Part shown: positions 1 to 9,203 of the stretch, piece after piece
Numbering within the stretch: the first letter of the stretch is position 1
Layout: each line of letters starts with the position of its first letter
Assembly: GCA_963716255.1 (NCBI GenBank)
Contig: OY970303.1
Coordinates: 2,272,001-2,336,000 of the forward strand
Length of the DNA stretch: 64,000 bases
Direction: 5' to 3'
Source: an uncultured Gemmatimonadales bacterium
GTDB lineage: Bacteria > Gemmatimonadota > Gemmatimonadetes > Longimicrobiales > Longimicrobiaceae
Translations under genes and position numbers: made by a program
Notes under the pieces: generated by a model
What the model was told of the DNA's origin: nothing
Database searches by the model: none
What the model saw: only the letters and a program-made list of their open reading frames with translations

Positions 1-186
1 GTCTTCGACGACGTTCCGATCACCGCCATCATGACGATGGAAAGCGCGGGAAGCGGCACCCGCTACGTCTTCACCGCGCTGCACCGGGATGAAGCGGACT
101 TCGAGAAAGACATGACGTCGGGTTGGCGGGAGGGGACTGAGATCGCCGTCGATCAGCTCGTCGCGCACGTGGAGTCGATGAAATAG
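1..186 (+). CDS. SRPBCC/AHSA1-like (START-fold) protein, 3' end only (runs off window)
   Basis: Frame 1 reads VFDDVPITAIMTMESAGSGTRYVFTALHRDEADFEKDMTSGWREGTEIAVDQLVAHVESMK then TAG at 184-186. The GTRY...H...GW..G...DQL pattern is typical of the AHSA1/SRPBCC C-terminus. Confidence 0.75.
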   Translation, partial: VFDDVPITAIMTMESAGSGTRYVFTALHRDEADFEKDMTSGWREGTEIAVDQLVAHVESMK

Positions 187-213
187 CACAGGGCGATCTG
201 GGGCAGGCTGCCC

Positions 214-311
214 TGGGAACGACACAAGAGGTCAGGGGTGCGGGGCCGGCGCGCAAGACTTTTCGTCGGCCGAAAGAGTGGCCGCCGGTCCGCTGCAAGC
301 GATTGTTAGCT
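214..311 (-). other. attC-like integron recombination site (degenerate)
   Basis: Minus strand AGCTAAC (R''; contains the TAA stop of the adjacent gene)-AATCG-CTTGCAGCGGACCGGCG...CGCCGG...CCCTGACC...GTCGTT. R''/L'' spacing is canonical and the inner arms are complementary. R' is only GTT followed by non-consensus bases. Confidence 0.6.
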
Positions 312-1082
312 CGCGTCTGCGGGAAGCTGGACGTCGGTTTCGACAGTCGCCGCGTTCTCTCCGGTGCCACCCGCAGCCCCGATAGCGTTCAGCGATTGGC
401 TGGCGGCGTCAATGGCGCGCTCGATTCGCTCGCGAGCCGTCCTGGTCGAGGACGCCCAGTAACCGCAGGCGAGCGTGAGCACAGCGCCGATACCGGCGAT
501 ACTCGCTGCCACTCCCACGGCGGGCATGAACTCGCTTCCGAGACCCATTCCGGCGAGTCCTGCGAGGACAGACCCGCACAAGGCAAACGCCCCGGTCACG
601 ATCAGCGTGCCGCGCCGATCGAGGACGACTGTGACCGCGGTTCCATCCGGAACGGGTCGCGCCGTGACGCTGAAGGTTTCCAGGTCATTCGACGTGTGCC
701 ACGTCATGCCCGTGGCGCCCGAGTGCCCCTCGCTGGCACCGCCGTATCGACCGACATCGATTCGGACCGCCGAAAGGAGCTTGGCCGCTCCGGGTTCGTC
801 CAGCATGGTTGGGAATTGGACATCGTTCCCGTGTCGAAGCTGTCCGCCCATCAACCTCTCGAAAATGGAAGGCGAAGCGGAGCCGCGGGCGGGAAGGAGT
901 CGCGCCGCCCGCTCGACAAGGTCGGGGTCAAGACCGGCTTCGACCGCCGCAGCCTTCATATCAGCCAGAGTCAAGCCGCCCGGGGAATGGCGAAGCGGTT
1001 CCGACTGCTTCGCCAACTCGGCGGCCCTGTGCAGGATGAGGGCGAATTCCTCGTCGCTATAGACCCGTCGATCGTCGGCTAT
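306..1082 (-). CDS. Hypothetical membrane protein, putative integron gene cassette
   Basis: N-terminal YSDEEFALILHRAAEL...GLTLADMKAAAVEAGLDPDLVERAA and two C-terminal hydrophobic segments. The ORF-track start at 1166 lies inside the attC site. The RBS-like GAGG sits 6 nt before an in-frame ATA at 1082, so the start is uncertain. Confidence 0.7.
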   Translation of the reverse strand: MADDRRVYSDEEFALILHRAAELAKQSEPLRHSPGGLTLADMKAAAVEAGLDPDLVERAARLLPARGSASPSIFERLMGGQLRHGNDVQFPTMLDEPGAAKLLSAVRIDVGRYGGASEGHSGATGMTWHTSNDLETFSVTARPVPDGTAVTVVLDRRGTLIVTGAFALCGSVLAGLAGMGLGSEFMPAVGVAASIAGIGAVLTLACGYWASSTRTARERIERAIDAASQSLNAIGAAGGTGENAATVETDVQLPADAS

Positions 1083-1128
1083 GACAGACCTCGTTGGTTG
1101 GAAGACGGTTGGACCAGCGTGCGAGGAG

Positions 1129-1220
1129 GGCCAACGGTCAGGTTTCAGCGTCGAGCGCCGCGCCAAACCCTGACGTCGAGAAGGTTTCCGGCGCTCGCCC
1201 GCCGCAAGCCATTGTTAGGC
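1129..1220 (-). other. attC-like integron recombination site
   Basis: Minus strand GCCTAAC (R'')-AATGG-CTTGCGGCGGG-CGAGCGCCG...CGGCGCTCG-ACGCTGAA-ACCTGACC-GTTGGCC (R'). It is 92 bp long with a perfect 9-bp inner inverted repeat and RYYYAAC/GTT ends. Confidence 0.8.
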
Positions 1221-1295
1221 CGGCCCGGCCCCGCCATGGCCGGCTCCGAAGCGTGACGCATGACCCAGCGTCGTCTTCCCGATGCTGAATCTCGA

Positions 1296-1943
1296 TTACT
1301 GACGCCTTGTCAGCACGACGTGGGTTGCTCCGGCGGTCGGCACATGGGTCGTGCACTCATAGCCCAAGTCCGGGAGGTCGAGGCCGTACAGGAGGTGCTC
1401 GCCGGACCCGAGCAATCTTGGTGCGATCGCCACGTGCAGCTCGTCGACGAGCCCCGCTTCGAGGTACTGGCGGACCGTCGCCACGCCCCCTCCGATCTGC
1501 ACATCTTTCCCGGCCGCGGCCGCCGTGGCGCGCTCCAGCGCCTCACGGATACCGCCCGTCACGAAGTGGAAGACCGTACCGCCTTCCATCTGGGCCGACG
1601 GGCGGGCATGATGCGTCAGCACGAACACGGGGCCACGATACGGTGGGTTCTTTCCCCACCAGCCGCGCCAGGTGTCATCGGGCCACGGACCGCGAATCGG
1701 GCCGAACTTGTTGCGTCCCATGATCCAGGCGCCGACGCCCTCCCCGAATCGCGCCGCGAAATCGTCATCGACGCCCGTGGTGCCGCCGCTCTTTCCGCCC
1801 ATGCGCTGGAAGGTGCGCGTCGGGATGTACCAGTCGTGCAGCTCTTCACCACCGACGCCGAGGGGCTCCTCGCGAGTCTGGCGCGGGCCGGCTCCATAGC
1901 CGTCGAGGGATATCGTAAAGTTATGTACACGTACACGAGTCAT
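1296..1943 (-). CDS. Dihydrofolate reductase family protein (RibD C-terminal domain)
   Basis: ISLDGYGAGP, IMGRNKFGP, GWWGKNPPY, VFVLTHHAR, IGGGVATVRQYLEAGLVDELHVAIAPRLLGSG motifs; 215 aa. Confidence 0.9.
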   Translation of the reverse strand: MTRVRVHNFTISLDGYGAGPRQTREEPLGVGGEELHDWYIPTRTFQRMGGKSGGTTGVDDDFAARFGEGVGAWIMGRNKFGPIRGPWPDDTWRGWWGKNPPYRGPVFVLTHHARPSAQMEGGTVFHFVTGGIREALERATAAAAGKDVQIGGGVATVRQYLEAGLVDELHVAIAPRLLGSGEHLLYGLDLPDLGYECTTHVPTAGATHVVLTRRQ

Positions 1944-2066
1944 TGTTTGCCCTCAAGCCAGGATGACGATCCGAGAACCGAGGCTTCTACGGTTACGACG
2001 ACCACACGGGAGCGGATCGACAGCGCGAGTACGAATCGCGATCAGGTCAGTACCCGTTGAATGTGC

Positions 2067-2519
2067 TCATCGGGAAGCCTGCTCCCCGAGTTCCTGGGCG
2101 AGCCCGATGAGGATTCCTTCGGGCCCCCGGATGTAGCAGAGCCGATATACGTTCTTGTACTGGACCACTTCGCCGACGAGCTCCGCGCCGTGCTTGCGGA
2201 GCCGAGCGACCGTCTCGTCGACGTCATCCACGGCGAACATGACGCGCAGGTAGCCGAGAGCGTTCACGGGGGCGTTGCGGTGGTCGGCGACCACGGGCGG
2301 CGCGAGGAATCGCGAAAGCTCGAGCCGGCTGTGACCGTCCGGGGTGACCAGCATGGCGATCTCGACGCGCTGGTGCCCCAGTCCGGTGACGCGCCCGGCC
2401 CACTCTCCTTCGATCGGGGCGCGCCCTTCGAGTTTCAGGCCCAGCTCGGTGAAGAACTCGATGGCGGCATCGAGGTCTTCCACCACGATGCCGACGTTGT
2501 CCATCCGCTTGACCGTCAT
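2067..2519 (-). CDS. VOC family (glyoxalase/bleomycin resistance) protein
   Basis: MTVKRMDNVGIVVEDLDAAIEFFTELGL...NALGYLRVMFAVDD...YRLCYIRGPEGILIGLAQE. Start placed at ATG 2519 rather than 2714. Confidence 0.9.
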   Translation of the reverse strand: MTVKRMDNVGIVVEDLDAAIEFFTELGLKLEGRAPIEGEWAGRVTGLGHQRVEIAMLVTPDGHSRLELSRFLAPPVVADHRNAPVNALGYLRVMFAVDDVDETVARLRKHGAELVGEVVQYKNVYRLCYIRGPEGILIGLAQELGEQASR

Positions 2520-2893
2520 TGGCGTTGCAGAGGTTGTGAGGCTTAGAGGGCGTGGGCGAGCGGTGGCTCTGACGCGGAGCCGCCGTCGGCCGCACTCGGA
2601 GGATCTGGGCGATGCCAATGCCTGAACCAGCTCTTCGGGCGTCCAGCGATCCAGTTCGGCGGCGACGGGCGGACCGCTCACGTCGACGTTTACGCTGAAA
2701 ACGCCGCCCCGCACGTCTTACGCTCGAACGCGTCGGTGGGCGCTCGTGAAATCAACCTCTGGTAGCAATGTACAATTTGCCACGCTTTCTCCAAGCTGGT
2801 CAAATCGCTGCTGAGCGATTGACAGGGGATGGTCGCGTGCTCTACGACGGTGGATGGGCGAAGCCCTTCACCCGCGGAATACTTCGCATCGCT

Positions 2894-4090
2894 TCAGCAA
2901 GCACTTGTGACGACGGTTCCTCCCGCCATCCGCTGCCAGTTGAGCGCCGTCTCTCGAGTCGGCAACCAGCTCGCGCTCGAACGAGTGGAACCGTAGCAGG
3001 CGTAGGTCGAGATCGCGCCGCTCGATCGGGAGCCGAGCCAGCCGTTCGCTTCCGTGACTGCACGGAGCGGCGCACCCGGAGTCAGCGGAAGGCGTGCCGC
3101 GAGGACCGCGTCGATCCAGCCGAACATCAGATCGAAGGCGAGAATCGGTCGATGATCGAACGGGTCGATCGAAACCGCCCAGGGTGCCCCGGCGGCTCGG
3201 CCGGCTTCGAAAACGGCCGTGATGTTGTCTCTCCGGTACGGCTCGTCCACCGCTCCGATCAGGAAGTATCCCGGAACGTCGGCCGCTGCCGATGCGGGGC
3301 CGGTGGCGTGGCAGGCGCCCTTCATGGTCAGGAACCCGGCGACCCGGGCGCCGTGAACGCGGCTGAACCCGTACGCGGTGCATCCCCCCATCGAGTGCCC
3401 GACGAAAACGATGGGAATGTTCGCCAGCTCGAGATGCAGACTCTGCGTGCCGAACTCGGAGAGCGCGCTGAGCAGCGCTGCGTGGCTTGCAGCGTCGTCG
3501 AGCAGGGTCGTCGTTCCGATGAGCGCCACGTTTCCGCCGGCAAGCTCGAGTGCGCGCCTCCTCACCTCCGCTCTCTCGTTCGGGAGGCACCAGATACTGC
3601 ACGTTCCGTCCGAGGTGCCTCGCACCAGCCCACGCGAGTCCAGAGGATTGCCGGTGGCAGGGTCTCTCAGCCCGGGCAGGAACACGATCGCCGCCCTGTA
3701 CTCGGTGATCCCCGGGGGCAGGTACGCGACGGCGTCCTGGTACGTGAAAAGCGTTTGAGGTGACAGCACGACGTCGTGGGCGTTGGTTCCCTCCGTCAGG
3801 CTGACGCTCTCCGACCGCGGTTCGAAGCGGGGAGCGCCCGTAACGATCGTTGCGCCGCCAACCGGCAGCTTCTCGAGCTCGAATCGTCCGTCCGCGCCGG
3901 TCGTCGTGGTCGCGCCTCCGATCTTCACCGACGCGCCTTCGATGACGGCTCCGGTGGCGGCGCGTACGACGCCGGACACGGTCGCCGTCGCGGCGGGTGG
4001 ACCGCTGGGATCACTCCCCCCGCAGGCAGCCACGAGAATCCCTGTCGCCGACGCGAACACTAGCGTGGAAATCGATTTCGAGACTCGCAT
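2894..4090 (-). CDS. Lipoprotein: carboxypeptidase-regulatory-like domain plus alpha/beta hydrolase
   Basis: Lipobox VAAC. VSGVVRAATGAVIEGASVKIGG..TTTGADGRFELEKLPVG domain. GHSMG nucleophile elbow. Confidence 0.8.
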   Translation of the reverse strand: MRVSKSISTLVFASATGILVAACGGSDPSGPPAATATVSGVVRAATGAVIEGASVKIGGATTTTGADGRFELEKLPVGGATIVTGAPRFEPRSESVSLTEGTNAHDVVLSPQTLFTYQDAVAYLPPGITEYRAAIVFLPGLRDPATGNPLDSRGLVRGTSDGTCSIWCLPNERAEVRRRALELAGGNVALIGTTTLLDDAASHAALLSALSEFGTQSLHLELANIPIVFVGHSMGGCTAYGFSRVHGARVAGFLTMKGACHATGPASAAADVPGYFLIGAVDEPYRRDNITAVFEAGRAAGAPWAVSIDPFDHRPILAFDLMFGWIDAVLAARLPLTPGAPLRAVTEANGWLGSRSSGAISTYACYGSTRSSASWLPTRETALNWQRMAGGTVVTSAC

Positions 4091-4139
4091 GGGGATCGTC
4101 GCTCCTATCCTGGTGAATGAGCTTCACTGCCGCTGCAGG

Positions 4140-5351
4140 CTACATGGGGTCGATACCCACCTTTTCGACCAGCCACTCATGCCTGTCGTCCACGGCTTGT
4201 TGATTGAGGTTGTGTCCCGCCGCATACCAGCGAACCGTTTTGGGCTGCGGCGCGGCTGCGTGCAGCTCCGCCGCATCGGCAGAGGGTATCAGGCTGTCCG
4301 ACGTCCCGTTTTGCAGCAGCAACGGGATGTCGGCATGCCCGACGAATCGAATCGGCTCGATGGGTGCCATCGCTCGAATCCAGGCGCTGCGCATGGCACA
4401 CGGGAGGCCGGAAATGTACTTGAAGCCTTCCGGACCGGTGGAGTGCGAGACGAGACCGCCGTGTCCGACTACGAGCGCCGCCGCTTTAAGGCGCCGTTCG
4501 ATGCCGACGAACAGCGCACCCATCGCGCCGCCGTAGCTGACGCCCATGTAGGCGATGCGGCCATCGTCGACGTTGGGACGTGAGCGCAACACGTCCACGG
4601 CGCGTTGCAGGTCCTTGACCAGCTGGATCTGCTCGGCCCGATCCTCGGCGGTGAACTTCACGACCGGTCCTGCGCGGCGAGCAAATGGCGCATCGATCGC
4701 AATCACGACTGCACCGTACCGTGCGTAGTTCTGCGCGATGCCCGACATGTCCCTCGCATTCCCGGGCATGCCGTGCATAAGCACCATGCCGGGGCGCGGA
4801 CTCGAGCGCGTGACCGGGTCCCACATCATTCCGGTCACCAAGCCGCCGTCCGGACTGCTGAAGGAAATGCTTCTGACCTCCACGCCATTGTTCGTGGATT
4901 CGACCGTCTCCTGCAGATTCAGTGGTGCATTGACGTCGTAACCGAACAGGTCTCGGTCTCCCGCGGTGGCCACCCCTCCGAAATCGGGACGTGCACCCGA
5001 GCAGGAATCGGCGTGCACGCGAACCCTGACCGAGTCACGCACGTCCGGGCGGTCCGGGAGCGTAGCGACGACATAAGTCGAGCCTGCTGCCATGGCGCTG
5101 ATCGCGCCGGCGGCATTCACGGTAGCCACACTCTCGTCACGAGAGACGTACCGTACAGAGACGTGCTTTATCGCCCCACCGGCGTCGCGTACCGTGGCGG
5201 TGAGCGGAAACGACTCGTATACACCCACGACGACGCTGTCCGGGGACAGTGTGAGTTGCGAATCGCCGTTCCGTTCAACCGGGTTCCTGTCGCACGCGAG
5301 GACCGCGGCTGCCGCCAGCGTCGCGGCGATGATTGCCTTTACCGATTTCAT
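4140..5351 (-). CDS. Lipoprotein: Ig-like (Big_2) domain plus alpha/beta hydrolase (esterase/peptidase S9-like)
   Basis: Lipobox VLAC. SRDESVATVNAAGAISAMAAGST Ig-like motif. GVSYG nucleophile, NGTSDSLIP acid and AGH catalytic His. Confidence 0.8.
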   Translation of the reverse strand: MKSVKAIIAATLAAAAVLACDRNPVERNGDSQLTLSPDSVVVGVYESFPLTATVRDAGGAIKHVSVRYVSRDESVATVNAAGAISAMAAGSTYVVATLPDRPDVRDSVRVRVHADSCSGARPDFGGVATAGDRDLFGYDVNAPLNLQETVESTNNGVEVRSISFSSPDGGLVTGMMWDPVTRSSPRPGMVLMHGMPGNARDMSGIAQNYARYGAVVIAIDAPFARRAGPVVKFTAEDRAEQIQLVKDLQRAVDVLRSRPNVDDGRIAYMGVSYGGAMGALFVGIERRLKAAALVVGHGGLVSHSTGPEGFKYISGLPCAMRSAWIRAMAPIEPIRFVGHADIPLLLQNGTSDSLIPSADAAELHAAAPQPKTVRWYAAGHNLNQQAVDDRHEWLVEKVGIDPM

Positions 5352-5406
5352 TCATACGCTCCTGGCTCTTCGTACGCGGCGCTCCCGGACACCTCTGCGG
5401 CTCATG

Positions 5407-6747
5407 TCATCGGATGGTCGAAAACAGGTCGTGCGTCGGAAATGATGTGACGCCCGCAAACGCATTCCATAGCGCGGCATCGAGCTCGGCCTCGAGGTTG
5501 GCTGTCAGGGAGCGAGTGTTGAACAGGCCGACCCACGAGAAGTTGTGATACGTGCGCACGAGCATGCTCGTCGTGCCGGGCAGCGTTCCCCCGTGCCACC
5601 AGCTCGCGTCGCCCTGGGTTGGGCGAACCCACCATCCAGCTGCGTAATAGCACGCGCCGTTGGTACACACTGGAGCGCCGCTGCTGGTCATCTCCGCGAC
5701 GAGTTCAGCGCTGAGGATGTCCGGACGATTGGCGCGCCCATCGACGCCGGCCATGAATCGCAACAGATCGACGGTCGACGAGACCCAGGCGCCGCTCGCA
5801 TCGCCCGCTTCGAGGTGGAAGCCCCCGTAGTTGAAGGGCACCATGCCTTCGCCCGGGAAGACGGATTGCACCAGCGGCGCGTTCACGCCCGCCCCGGGCC
5901 AGTAGTACTTCACCTCGTCTGCGAGCGCGTCGCGCATGCGCGACTTGCCCTGCTGCGTGCGATTGGCGCCCACGGGCTGCAGCACGCGCGCGCGCACGTA
6001 CTCCGCGTACGGCATGCCGCTCAATCGCTCGATCACGCGACCGAGAATGATGTAACCAAAATTCGAGTAGGCCCACTTTTCGCCCGGATTGAAGTCCAGC
6101 GGCATTCCCTTCATGTAGCGGATGAGCGTTTCGGCGGATGCCGGCGCAGGGGCGCCGACCGCAGCCGCGGCGATCGACGGCCGGTCCACGGGGTCGAATC
6201 CGCCATTCGGCTTCTCACGATCCCAGCCTCCGGTGTGGTTGAGCAGATGCCGAATGGTGATCTGCTCCCACCGCGGATCGACGGTCGCTCCCGGTGCAGG
6301 GGTGAGGTGTGCGATGAATGGCGCGACGCGATCGTCGAGCCTGAGCTTGCCTTCTTCGACGAGCTTCATGATGGCGACGGCGGTGATCGGCTTGGACACG
6401 CTGGCGATCCGGAACAGCGCGTCAGGCTGCACCGGTGTCTTGTTCTCGACGTCCGCGTAACCAAAGCCGCGCGCGTAGATCAGCTTGCCATCGCGCAGCA
6501 CGGCAACCGCGCCACCGGGAATGCCGTACTTCCGCATGAAATCGGGGATGACCTGATCGTACGACCCCATTCCCGGCACAGCGGCGCCGCTGATTGGAAT
6601 TCCCGGTTGCGCAGGCGTAACCGGAGGAGAGACAGGCGGCGTAGTCGGCTCTCCACCGGCGCACCCGCCGCAGGAAAGCAGGACCGCGAGACAAGCGGCA
6701 GCCCAGGCGCCGCGGGACGGGCCAAGCCATTCACGACGTGAGATCAT
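5407..6747 (-). CDS. Serine hydrolase, beta-lactamase/AmpC-like family lipoprotein
   Basis: FRIASVSK (SxxK), LLNHTGG, YSNFGY (YxN), WHGG motifs. Start placed at ATG 6747 (MISRREW) after GAGG. Cys-containing signal region followed by a Pro-rich linker. Confidence 0.88.
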   Translation of the reverse strand: MISRREWLGPSRGAWAAACLAVLLSCGGCAGGEPTTPPVSPPVTPAQPGIPISGAAVPGMGSYDQVIPDFMRKYGIPGGAVAVLRDGKLIYARGFGYADVENKTPVQPDALFRIASVSKPITAVAIMKLVEEGKLRLDDRVAPFIAHLTPAPGATVDPRWEQITIRHLLNHTGGWDREKPNGGFDPVDRPSIAAAAVGAPAPASAETLIRYMKGMPLDFNPGEKWAYSNFGYIILGRVIERLSGMPYAEYVRARVLQPVGANRTQQGKSRMRDALADEVKYYWPGAGVNAPLVQSVFPGEGMVPFNYGGFHLEAGDASGAWVSSTVDLLRFMAGVDGRANRPDILSAELVAEMTSSGAPVCTNGACYYAAGWWVRPTQGDASWWHGGTLPGTTSMLVRTYHNFSWVGLFNTRSLTANLEAELDAALWNAFAGVTSFPTHDLFSTIR

Positions 6748-6799
6748 GCGGTTTCGCCTCGTGGTCGATCGTGGTCCATCGGTTTCGCGTGTTGCCCTG

Positions 6800-6964
6800 C
6801 TTCGCCAGCGGATGCGGCCGGAGCTGGAACCGGACCGCATTGCGGGGGGTCCCCTTCCCGCCCTCCATGTGGAATGAAGTGCGGGTGTTGATGGCGGCCC
6901 GGAGGCCGCGCCTCTTCCAGCCGGCGTTCGGGTCGTCGATGCGGCCGTCCAGCCAGACGATCAC
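6800..6964 (-). pseudogene. Orphan 3' gene fragment (DGRIDDPNAGWK...FHMEGGKG...FQLRPHPLAK)
   Basis: The translated intergenic segment resembles, from memory, the conserved C-terminus of a widespread family of secreted carboxypeptidase-regulatory-domain proteins. It has no 5' part. Confidence 0.5.
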
Positions 6965-6973
6965 GTCACCACA

Positions 6974-9100
6974 TCAGAAGATCCGGGCGGGGCCCTCCGT
7001 CCGGACCGGTGCATCCTCGCGCGGCGCGCCACCCACCGCGTAGGACGCGAACAGCGACAGCAGCGGCCGCGCCGTGCGACGGCGGCTCTCCTGCGTGAAG
7101 GTCGCGTCCGCGATCCGGTACTCGAGGCGGTCGCCGCGCGACGGGTCGTGGAGGCGCAGCGTCACGCGTCCGCGGTCGCCGCCGAGACGCTGCGTCAACG
7201 CCAGCTCGCTGGTGAACGCCGGCAGGATCTCGCCCTGTTCGATGGCCTGTGCGCTCCGGCGGTACGCGTAGAGCTGCGCCGTGGTGTTCTCCGCCACCCG
7301 GAGATCGACGGTGAGCCGCGCCGTGGCGTACACGCCGCTGCTGCTGAACGCGGCGGCCGCCGTCTCCATGTGGGCGACGCTGCCCGCCAGCGTCACGACG
7401 GTGCGGTCCGCCGGCCGTGCGCGCACGCTGGCGTCGGCGCCGGTGGCTCGCGTCCCGGTCAGGTTCTTCAGCGTGGTCGTCGAGCCACCGCTTGCCGTCG
7501 CTGCCTTGAGCGGGCGGATCGGGTCCCGTATCCAGCGAAGAAACGGCGTCAGCTGCAGCGTCAACCGTGAGCCGTGCCGTTCCATGCCGAATTCCACCTG
7601 GTCCGAGACTTCCGGCAACAGCGACGGATTGCCGATGATCTCGTTCATGTCGTCCTCGCCCATGGAGAACGGGCTCAGCATCTCCCACCCGGGCCGGTTG
7701 ATGCGGCGGCCGTACGCGAGTCGATACATGAGAGCGCGACGCGCGTCGGTCCATTCGCCGCTGATGCTCGGGAAGATGCGCACGGCTGTCCGGGCGCTGG
7801 CGGCCTCGAGCCGGATGAGGGCCCGGTCCGCCTCCACACGCAGCCCCGCCTCCGCGCGCACGCCGCCGGTTGATCGGTGCGCGGCGAGGTAGCCGGCGTG
7901 CACTTCCGTCTCGTAGCGGTAGCCCTGCGACACGGTGGCACCAAAGTGGGTCGCATCGTGCCCGGCAGTGTTGGTGCGGAACTGAGACTCCTGTCCCACG
8001 TCCAAAATGAAACCCGGGAAGCGCAGGGCGAGGTCGTTCCGCAGGACGTGCTCACGCTGTCGCGAGGTCATGACTTTGGTCATGTAGCTGTAGCCTCCAC
8101 CTTCGTCGACGTAATCGCCGCGGAAATCCTCGTCCACGAAGCTGGTGCGCGCTTCGGAGGTGAAACGGACGCGCCGAAGATCCACGCTGGCGACCACGCT
8201 CAGCTCAGCCGACGGGATCACGTGCTCCAGCAGGCTTTCGGTCGTGCTCGTCCCCGTGTTGCCCGCCGCATTGGTGTAAACGAACGCACTGCTGTTTCGA
8301 TACGCGCCCTTCATCCACGAGTACGTGCCGCGCAGGACCAGGGACGTGTTCGGTGCCGGCATGACGGCAGCGCCCGCCAGAACGGAGTGCAGGCGGTGCT
8401 TCTCACGTGCGCGGCTGTTCTGATCCGTCTGGAGAGGGAGGTCCCCGGGCACGAGGCTCCAGCGCGCCGTCTTCGAGTCCGTCCGCGGCCGCATGCCGGA
8501 CAGGGCGTACATCGCATCCCAGTTCAAAATGCCACCCACGTTGCCCGAGGCGGCGGCGGAGCCCATGTAGTGATCCTCCGTCGCCATGGAGCCCGCCACC
8601 GAGTGCATGCCGGTGCGTCGCGCGGCATCATCTCGGAAGACGAGGTTCACCACGCCGGCAGCGCCATCTGCATCCTGCCGCGCGGAGGCGGCGGTGCCTG
8701 CCTCGATGCGTTCCAGCGCCGCCGCCGGCATCTGGCGTAGAAACGCGACGAGGGCGTCACCGGTCAGCGGGGTGCGCCGCCCATTCAGCAGCACGAGCAC
8801 GCTCGTGCTGCTGCGCATGCTGATGCGCCCGTCCGTATCCAGCTCGACGCCCGGCACCGTGCGCAGGAAGTCTGCGATGCTGCCCCCCGCTGCCGCAGAC
8901 GCGCGCGTGTCCACGATGGTGGCGCCGCTGCGCAGCTGGACCGCGTCGCGTTCCGCGCCCACCGTCAGCGTATCCAGCCGCACTGGCCTGCCGGCCGTAA
9001 TGCCGTGATGTTCGTGTTGTGCCGCCGCCAGTGCGGGTATGGCGCACAGGGCGCTGCACGCGGCGGCGAGCGCTGCCGCTCGCGTATGCTTCCGCAACAT
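6974..9100 (-). CDS. TonB-dependent receptor (outer-membrane beta-barrel family)
   Basis: Signal peptide, TonB-box-like DTLTV, plug motifs LRTVPGV, VLLNG and ARQDADGAAGVVNLV, barrel motifs RRINRP and GNPSLLPE. Confidence 0.85.
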   Translation of the reverse strand: MLRKHTRAAALAAACSALCAIPALAAAQHEHHGITAGRPVRLDTLTVGAERDAVQLRSGATIVDTRASAAAGGSIADFLRTVPGVELDTDGRISMRSSTSVLVLLNGRRTPLTGDALVAFLRQMPAAALERIEAGTAASARQDADGAAGVVNLVFRDDAARRTGMHSVAGSMATEDHYMGSAAASGNVGGILNWDAMYALSGMRPRTDSKTARWSLVPGDLPLQTDQNSRAREKHRLHSVLAGAAVMPAPNTSLVLRGTYSWMKGAYRNSSAFVYTNAAGNTGTSTTESLLEHVIPSAELSVVASVDLRRVRFTSEARTSFVDEDFRGDYVDEGGGYSYMTKVMTSRQREHVLRNDLALRFPGFILDVGQESQFRTNTAGHDATHFGATVSQGYRYETEVHAGYLAAHRSTGGVRAEAGLRVEADRALIRLEAASARTAVRIFPSISGEWTDARRALMYRLAYGRRINRPGWEMLSPFSMGEDDMNEIIGNPSLLPEVSDQVEFGMERHGSRLTLQLTPFLRWIRDPIRPLKAATASGGSTTTLKNLTGTRATGADASVRARPADRTVVTLAGSVAHMETAAAAFSSSGVYATARLTVDLRVAENTTAQLYAYRRSAQAIEQGEILPAFTSELALTQRLGGDRGRVTLRLHDPSRGDRLEYRIADATFTQESRRRTARPLLSLFASYAVGGAPREDAPVRTEGPARIF

Positions 9101-9203
9101 GAGCCGATCTCCTGCCGCGGCCCTCAGCGCCCGCCGGCGGCGGGCGTGGGGGTCGGCAGGCGGTTGAGGATGAAGGCCGCCGCCCTACCCGCAACGATCC
9201 GCG

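Noticed and set aside
2560..2594. Possible fourth attC remnant (minus strand TGCGGCCGACGGCGGCTC...GAGCCACCGC) upstream of the VOC gene
   Set aside because: It resembles an attC inner stem but has no RYYYAAC or GTT boxes, so it is too weak to call.
2800..2850. TTGACA-N18-TACGAC sigma70-like promoter and short inverted repeat on the plus strand
   Set aside because: It points antisense into the neighbouring gene and the -10 is poor, so it is likely chance.
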